Assembly (NCBI GenBank): GCA_963702845.1
Contig: OY969763.1
Coordinates: 3,488,001-3,552,000, forward strand
Length of the DNA: 64,000 bases
Direction of reading: 5' to 3'
From: an uncultured Verrucomicrobiae bacterium
GTDB taxonomy: Bacteria; Verrucomicrobiota; Verrucomicrobiia; Limisphaerales; Palsa-1400
In this document: positions 58,497-64,000 of the stretch, one piece after another
Layout of the letters: every line of letters begins with the position of its first letter
Numbering within the stretch: position 1 is the first letter of the stretch
The notes under the pieces: model-generated
Database searches by the model: none
What the model was told of the DNA's origin: nothing
What the model saw: the letters and a program-made list of their open reading frames with translations, nothing else
Position numbers and translations under genes: made by a program

Positions 58497-59774
58497 ATGA
58501 TCAGACCTGCCCTGCTGCTCGCCTTGGTTGCGACGGCGTTGAATTGTTCGGCTGCACCGACTGCTGAAATTAATCGCGCAGCGGAATCCTTGCGGGCATC
58601 GATGAGCGCGCAGCGACGGGATTTTCATATGCACCCGGAACTGGGTTACCACGAGGTGCGCACGTCGGGAATTGTGTTGGAGCGGTTGAAGGCGCTGGGG
58701 TTCACCGATATTCGCACGAATGTGGCGGTGCACGGAATTGTGGCGTTGCTCAAGGGCGGCAGGCCCGGACCGGTGGTGGCGTATCGCGGTGAGATGGATG
58801 CGTTGCCGATCGAGGAGCTGAACGATGTTCCGTATAAATCGACGGTCGCACATGTCATGCACGCGTGTGGGCATGATGCGCACACGACGATTGCACTGGG
58901 TGTTGCAGAGGTTTTGAGCCGGATGCGCGATGAGTTGCCAGGCTCGGTTAAATTTGTTTTTCAACCGGACGAGGAAGGTCCCCCACCGGAAGGAATGCTC
59001 GATGGGGCGATGGCGATGGTGAAAGACGGCGCACTGGAGAATCCGCGACCGTCGGCGATTTTCGGTTTGCATACCACGGCTGAGATTGAAACCGGCCAAA
59101 TTGGTGCGCGCGACGGTGGCGCGCAGGCTGCGGCGGACTTGTTTGAAATTGTGATCCACGGCAAGACGGCGCACCCAGCGCATCCGGAGGAAGGCGTGGA
59201 TTCGATTTTGGTGGCGTCGCAATGTGTGGAGGCGTTGCAGGCGATTCGCAGCCGGCGCATCGACCCGCTGGAGCGTGTGGTGTTGACGATCGGAAAAATT
59301 CAGGGTGGCAAAACTGCGGAGACGCTCGCGCCGACGGTGACGATGAATGGGATGTTGCGGAGTTTCGATGAGAAGGTGCGCACGCAGATGAAAGCGCAGA
59401 TGCGGCAGACGCTGGAGGGCGTGTGCAAAATTTATGGCGCGAGTTTTGACCTGAACATCACGGAGGAAACGATGGTCGTTTATAACGAGCCAAAGTTGAC
59501 GGATTTTGCGATGAGCTCGATTCGTCATTCGCTCGGCGACGCTGGCGCAATTGAACCCGCGTTGCGAATGGGTGCGGAAGATTTTTCGTATTACCAAAAG
59601 GTGGTGCCTGGAATTCTTTTTCGGCTCGGTTCGGGAAATAAAGCGCGCGGCATTACTTCGAACCAACACACGGCGACGTTTGATATCGATGAGGAGTGTA
59701 TGGTGGTCGGCGTGAAATCGATGGCGAATTTGATTTGGGATTATCTGGAGGCCAGTGGGAAGTTGGGGCACTGA
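58497..59774 (+). CDS. M20D amidohydrolase with signal peptide
   Basis: HPELG, MDALP, MHACGHD, FQPDEE, AEDF. Confidence 0.92.
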   Translation: MIRPALLLALVATALNCSAAPTAEINRAAESLRASMSAQRRDFHMHPELGYHEVRTSGIVLERLKALGFTDIRTNVAVHGIVALLKGGRPGPVVAYRGEMDALPIEELNDVPYKSTVAHVMHACGHDAHTTIALGVAEVLSRMRDELPGSVKFVFQPDEEGPPPEGMLDGAMAMVKDGALENPRPSAIFGLHTTAEIETGQIGARDGGAQAAADLFEIVIHGKTAHPAHPEEGVDSILVASQCVEALQAIRSRRIDPLERVVLTIGKIQGGKTAETLAPTVTMNGMLRSFDEKVRTQMKAQMRQTLEGVCKIYGASFDLNITEETMVVYNEPKLTDFAMSSIRHSLGDAGAIEPALRMGAEDFSYYQKVVPGILFRLGSGNKARGITSNQHTATFDIDEECMVVGVKSMANLIWDYLEASGKLGH

Positions 59775-59785
59775 CCTCATACATA

Positions 59786-61507
59786 TTATTTTTGATACAC
59801 GATTTTGCCGTCGACGATTGTCATCGCGACTTTAGCGGTCGGGATGTCGTTCGGATTTATTTCGAAGATGTTTTTGTCGAGCATCACGAGGTCAGCGTAT
59901 TTGCCGGCGGTGATCGTGCCTTTTACTTTGTCCTGAAATTCAGCGTAGGCGGAACCGAGGGTGTAGGCGCGGACGGCTTCTTCGACGGAGATTTTTTGCT
60001 CGGGCACCCAACCGTTTGGATGTTTGTCATCGAGAGTGCGACGGGTGACGGCGGCGTAGATGGTGAGCATCGGGTCGAGAGGAGCGACGGTCCAATCGGT
60101 CCCGAACGCCAGGATCGCTTTGGAATCGAGCAACGATCGGAACGCGTAAGTGCCTTTGGCGCGTTCATCGCCAATGCGGCCGTCGCACCAACGGCCATCG
60201 TCGATCGCATGATAAGGCTGCATCGAGGCAACCACGCCCTGCTCCCCGAAACGCTTGATGTCACTCATGCGCAGGTGTTGCGCGTGTTCGATGCGGAAGC
60301 GGCGGTCATGCGGGCCGTTTTTCTCGGCGACTTTTTTATAAATTTCGAGGATCTCAAAATTCGCGCGATCGCCGATGGCGTGAATCATCACTTGCAGGCC
60401 AGCGGCATCGGCACCGAGAGCGCGTTGCAACATGACGCCTTCAGGGAACATTTGATCGCCGAGCAAGCCGGTGTTCTTCGGGTCGTCACTGAATGCATCA
60501 AACATGTAGGCAGTGGATGAACCGAGGCTACCGTCGGCAAAACCTTTGAGGCCGCCGACGCGAACCATGGGACTGCCGAAATTGGCGTGGATGCCCTTTT
60601 TGGCGAGCGATTCCCAGCGGGCAATCGGATTCATGCCGTAGATGCGGACCTTCAGTTCGCCGCGATCGGCCAGCGCCTGGTATAGGTCCGCGTCGTTGCC
60701 GGCGGACATATCCTGGACGCTCGTGACGCCGAATTTCGCGCACTGTTCACTGGCGGCGATTGCCGCAGCCATTTTGTCGGCAAAATCCGGTTGCGGCATC
60801 GCTTTCCAAATCGGATCCATGCTCGCGTCTTTAAGAATGCCGGTTGGCTCGCCCTTTTCGTCACGCACAATGAATCCGCCGTGGACGTTGGTGGTGTCTT
60901 TGGTGATGCCGGCGAGTTTCAGGGCGAGGCTGTTGCCAAGGCCCATGTGACCGTCGGTGCGACTGACGAACACGGGATTGTTCGGCGTAACCGCGTCGAT
61001 CATTTGTTTCGTGGGCAACGGTGTGCCGGGCCATTTTTCGTGGTCCCACTCACCGCCGGTGATCCATTTGCCGGGCGCGAGTTTTTTGGCAAATTCACCA
61101 ATGCGACGGGCGAATTCTTCTGGAGTGGTGGCGTCGCGCAGATTGACGTTGGAAAGGGCAAAACCGCCGTCGAGGAAATGGACGTGGGAATCGTTGAAGC
61201 CAGGCAGGACGAGTTTGCCATTGGCGTCGATGCGCTTGGTTTTCGGACCGGCGTGGCGCTGGACTTTTTCGAGTTCGCCAACGGAGACAATTCTACCACC
61301 GGTGATCGCCACGGCCGTTGCGCGCGGCATGTTTTTGGCCATGGTGCGGACGTCGGCGTTGAAAATCAAAAGATCGGCGGCGGCGGTGTCGCCAGCTTTG
61401 CGTCCGGCATCGTCAGGAAGTTTATCAGCGCCAAAACTCATAAGTCCGGCCATCATCCACAAAACCGTGCCAAAGGCAATGCCTCCAATAATTGCAGTGA
61501 GTTTCAT
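59786..61507 (-). CDS. Amidohydrolase 3 (YtcJ-like), exported
   Basis: PGFNDSHVH, KGFADGSLG, HAIGD, RIEHAQ, GTDW; start MKLTAII. Confidence 0.92.
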   Translation of the reverse strand: MKLTAIIGGIAFGTVLWMMAGLMSFGADKLPDDAGRKAGDTAAADLLIFNADVRTMAKNMPRATAVAITGGRIVSVGELEKVQRHAGPKTKRIDANGKLVLPGFNDSHVHFLDGGFALSNVNLRDATTPEEFARRIGEFAKKLAPGKWITGGEWDHEKWPGTPLPTKQMIDAVTPNNPVFVSRTDGHMGLGNSLALKLAGITKDTTNVHGGFIVRDEKGEPTGILKDASMDPIWKAMPQPDFADKMAAAIAASEQCAKFGVTSVQDMSAGNDADLYQALADRGELKVRIYGMNPIARWESLAKKGIHANFGSPMVRVGGLKGFADGSLGSSTAYMFDAFSDDPKNTGLLGDQMFPEGVMLQRALGADAAGLQVMIHAIGDRANFEILEIYKKVAEKNGPHDRRFRIEHAQHLRMSDIKRFGEQGVVASMQPYHAIDDGRWCDGRIGDERAKGTYAFRSLLDSKAILAFGTDWTVAPLDPMLTIYAAVTRRTLDDKHPNGWVPEQKISVEEAVRAYTLGSAYAEFQDKVKGTITAGKYADLVMLDKNIFEINPNDIPTAKVAMTIVDGKIVYQK

Positions 61508-61837
61508 ATTTTGAGGAATCCACGTTACGCAGAAAGGGTCGGGCATGTCACGGACGGAACCGCGTTGCGGTTCGGGAACGGTTTGTTTGAAGAGTCGACG
61601 CGCTCCGTCCGGTGCGAGCAGGTCGTTTTGGACCAACAGGCTGTATCGGCGTTGCGCGGTAGCTGGATCAACCGTTTTTGTTCATTTTTCTAATGGGACG
61701 ACGTGGAAGTCTTCCCTGCCGTCGCATTTTTAATTTTCATGGAGGCAGTGTAGCACCGTCACTTGGACAAAGGCTGTCCAAGTGAAAACTTTCCTGAAAT
61801 TAATCTGCAGCCAGTGATGTGGCTGGAGTGGAGTTAC

Positions 61838-62866
61838 TTACGGAAGAATGACGGCTTTTCCCTGGATCCGGCGGTCGCGTAAATCGGCGAAAGCCTGGAC
61901 GGTTTTATCGAGAGGGTAGGTTTGGTGAATGGCGGCTTTGATAATGCCTTTAGCGGCCCAGTCTAATGTGGCGCTAATGTCGTCGCGGTTTCGGCCGTAG
62001 CTGCCGACGAGTTTTTGTTCTTTGACGAAGAAAGACCAAAGTTTGAGGCAGGCTTCGCGGCCCGAAGATGCGCCGCAGGTAACGATCGTGCCGCCTCGCG
62101 CGAGGCAGTTGAACGCGCCGAGCAACACTTCGCCGCCAACATGTTCAACAACCACGTCGACTCCGCGTTTTTGCGTGATCTTTCGAACTTCGGCGGGCCA
62201 ATCTTCCGCCGTGATGTCGACGGTGTAATCGGCTCCGAGTTGTTTGGAAAAGTCGCGCTTCGCTTGGGTCGAGGCGGTGGCGATGACGTAGGCGCCGAGG
62301 TGCTTGGCAATTTGAATCGCGGCTGAACCAACGCCGCTCGCGCCGGCGATGACGAGCGCCCAATCGCCAACGCAAACCTGTGTTCGTTTGGTCAGCATGT
62401 GCATGGCGGTGCTACCGGCGAGCGTGAGTCCGGCTGAGGTCGCAAAATCAACGGTTTCCGGCAAACGCACCAGGGCGGCCGCGGGCGTGAGAACCTGCTC
62501 GGCAAAACCACCGTCGCGCTGCACGCCGAGAAGCTGGCCGTTCAAGCAAATCGATTCTTCACCTTGCAGACAAAACTCGCACTTGCCGCAAAAGATATTT
62601 GACTGCACGGCGACGCGATCTCCCACACGCCACTTACGAACGTTCGCGCCGAGCTTTAGAATTTCGCCGGAAATTTCGCCGCCGAGCGTGCGAGGGAGAG
62701 TGATGGGAACGGGCAGCTCAGCTTGTTCAACCCACAGGTCCAACCGATTCAGTCCACAGGCGCGCACTCTGACGACAACGTCGTCGGGGCCGGGAACTGG
62801 ATCCGGCAATTCGCGGAGTTCCATAATCCCCGGTGCGCCGTGTTTGATCAGTTGGACGGCTTTCAT
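61838..62866 (-). CDS. Zinc-binding MDR family dehydrogenase/quinone oxidoreductase
   Basis: CGLNRLD, CGKCEFCLQGEESIC, GASGVG. Confidence 0.92.
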   Translation of the reverse strand: MKAVQLIKHGAPGIMELRELPDPVPGPDDVVVRVRACGLNRLDLWVEQAELPVPITLPRTLGGEISGEILKLGANVRKWRVGDRVAVQSNIFCGKCEFCLQGEESICLNGQLLGVQRDGGFAEQVLTPAAALVRLPETVDFATSAGLTLAGSTAMHMLTKRTQVCVGDWALVIAGASGVGSAAIQIAKHLGAYVIATASTQAKRDFSKQLGADYTVDITAEDWPAEVRKITQKRGVDVVVEHVGGEVLLGAFNCLARGGTIVTCGASSGREACLKLWSFFVKEQKLVGSYGRNRDDISATLDWAAKGIIKAAIHQTYPLDKTVQAFADLRDRRIQGKAVILP

Positions 62867-62898
62867 GTTCCATTGTGCGGACGTGACCGTCCGCGCTC

Positions 62899-63657
62899 CT
62901 ATTTACCGTAACCCTTCTCTGCCTGGCCGCGCTTGTCCAGTTTATCGCACGACCAGAGCAAGCCGCGCGCAATCAATCCAAGATAATCGGAATTCTCCGC
63001 CGTTTTCATGTCGTGCCCGAGGGTCGTCGCGAAGACGCGGCCTTTGCCGTAGGTGTGGGTCCAGCAAACAATGTGTTCGCGTCCATCTTGCGGACTGCGC
63101 GCGCGCAGCAAGGCATCGGACGTTTTCGGAAATTCGATCGTTTGATAAAGTTCGTCACCAGGCGTCTGCCAATTGTCCGGGAATCCGACCAAAATCGGGC
63201 TGCGCTTATCGACCTTCACGGTTGCGAAGGGGCCATATTTATCATGGACCTTCGAACGCATGCCGACGCCATTTTCCCATTCGCGGATGTTCGGGTCGCG
63301 TCGGAAGGCGTGGACCGCGCAATGAATCATGACAGCCGGTTTGCCGTCGTGAATCGCTTTGAGCGCGTTATCGATCAAGGCGGCGTCGACTTCATCGAAG
63401 CAGACGTCGAAGACCAACACGTCGTAAGATTTTGCAAAACCCGGGTCGCGCAATTTTTCCATGTCCCAAATGGTGTCGAACTGGACATTGACGCGTTCGC
63501 CAAAGGTGTTGAGCAAATGTGGTGCGAGTTTTTTGTAATCGTGATAACCGCCGCCGATGAGAAAGAGAGCGTGAATCGGCGGGGTCTCGGCGGCGACGCA
63601 CGCGGATGCGAAGAGGAAACTGGCAAACAGGAGAGTCAGGCGAGCAAGTGATTTCAT
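62899..63657 (-). CDS. ThuA-like (class I glutamine amidotransferase-like fold) exported protein
   Basis: GGGYHDY, IHCAVH, DELY, GRVFATTLGH. Confidence 0.88.
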   Translation of the reverse strand: MKSLARLTLLFASFLFASACVAAETPPIHALFLIGGGYHDYKKLAPHLLNTFGERVNVQFDTIWDMEKLRDPGFAKSYDVLVFDVCFDEVDAALIDNALKAIHDGKPAVMIHCAVHAFRRDPNIREWENGVGMRSKVHDKYGPFATVKVDKRSPILVGFPDNWQTPGDELYQTIEFPKTSDALLRARSPQDGREHIVCWTHTYGKGRVFATTLGHDMKTAENSDYLGLIARGLLWSCDKLDKRGQAEKGYGK

Positions 63658-63725
63658 GCTGTGCTAATAACAACCATCCGTGGGCGGGGCCAGAAAATTC
63701 CCATGCGCATGGGGATTTAAATCTA

Positions 63726-63791
63726 TTTTTCGGCGGCGCGGCGGAACACGGTTGGTTAGTCTTTGGCGTTAATCGCCGCGCCGCCGAAAAA
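63726..63791. repeat. 18-bp perfect inverted repeat (REP/MITE-like)
   Basis: TTTTTCGGCGGCGCGGCG-30 bp-CGCCGCGCCGCCGAAAAA. Confidence 0.75.
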
Positions 63792-64000
63792 CAAAATTGG
63801 GGTTTGGTGATTGGCGCAGCTATAGACATGTCACTCCTACATAGTTTGGATTATTGGAGCTTCGCTGGAGGTTGGATTTTGAAGTTTGAAACTCCTCTGC
63901 ACATATCTACGTATCACGATATGTTGATTTTTCCTATTGCCCCATTATCTTTAGCTCTTTAGACTACGAAAAGTGATTGTTACCGAAGCACAAATCAAAC

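Noticed and set aside
57162..59780. 872-aa minus-strand ORF as a single protein
   Set aside because: Its first ~455 codons are the antisense shadow of the M20 amidohydrolase; only 57162-58412 looks like a real lipoprotein.
61508..61740. Possible gene fragment upstream of the amidohydrolase
   Set aside because: Interrupted by stops and not similar to any family I recognise.

Overview
64 kb of chromosome, by inference from a soil/freshwater Verrucomicrobiota genome (Pedosphaera/Limisphaerales-like). Lineage markers are an Amuc_1098-1101-type pilus cluster, DUF1559-like prepilins and Ig/RCC1 surface proteins. Backbone genes include a type IV pilus-like operon, an Hsp70, mgtC, mgtE, glgB, priA, an M29 aminopeptidase, a YfiR-kinase-receiver trio and several glycoside hydrolase, sulfatase and amidohydrolase genes. 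There are two accessory patches. The first (9.6-15.1 kb) has an isolated, intact Mu-like DUF3486 + large terminase pair with no other phage genes, a frameshifted REP-associated tyrosine transposase between three REP units, a two-cassette integron array without integrase and a broken DUF433 gene. The second (44.4-52.1 kb) has a C-protein/Dcm-like methyltransferase/EcoRII-N-MvaI-type nuclease/Vsr restriction locus and a duplicated vsr remnant. Other notable signals are helically phased 10-11 bp repeat arrays with shared architecture but different cores, MgtE fused to an ISL3-transposase-derived domain, an 1103-aa membrane coiled-coil with exact 63-aa repeats, and Thr-Asn dipeptide enrichment in exported proteins. 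All calls come from reading the sequence; no searches were run. I saw no rRNA, tRNA or CRISPR array.
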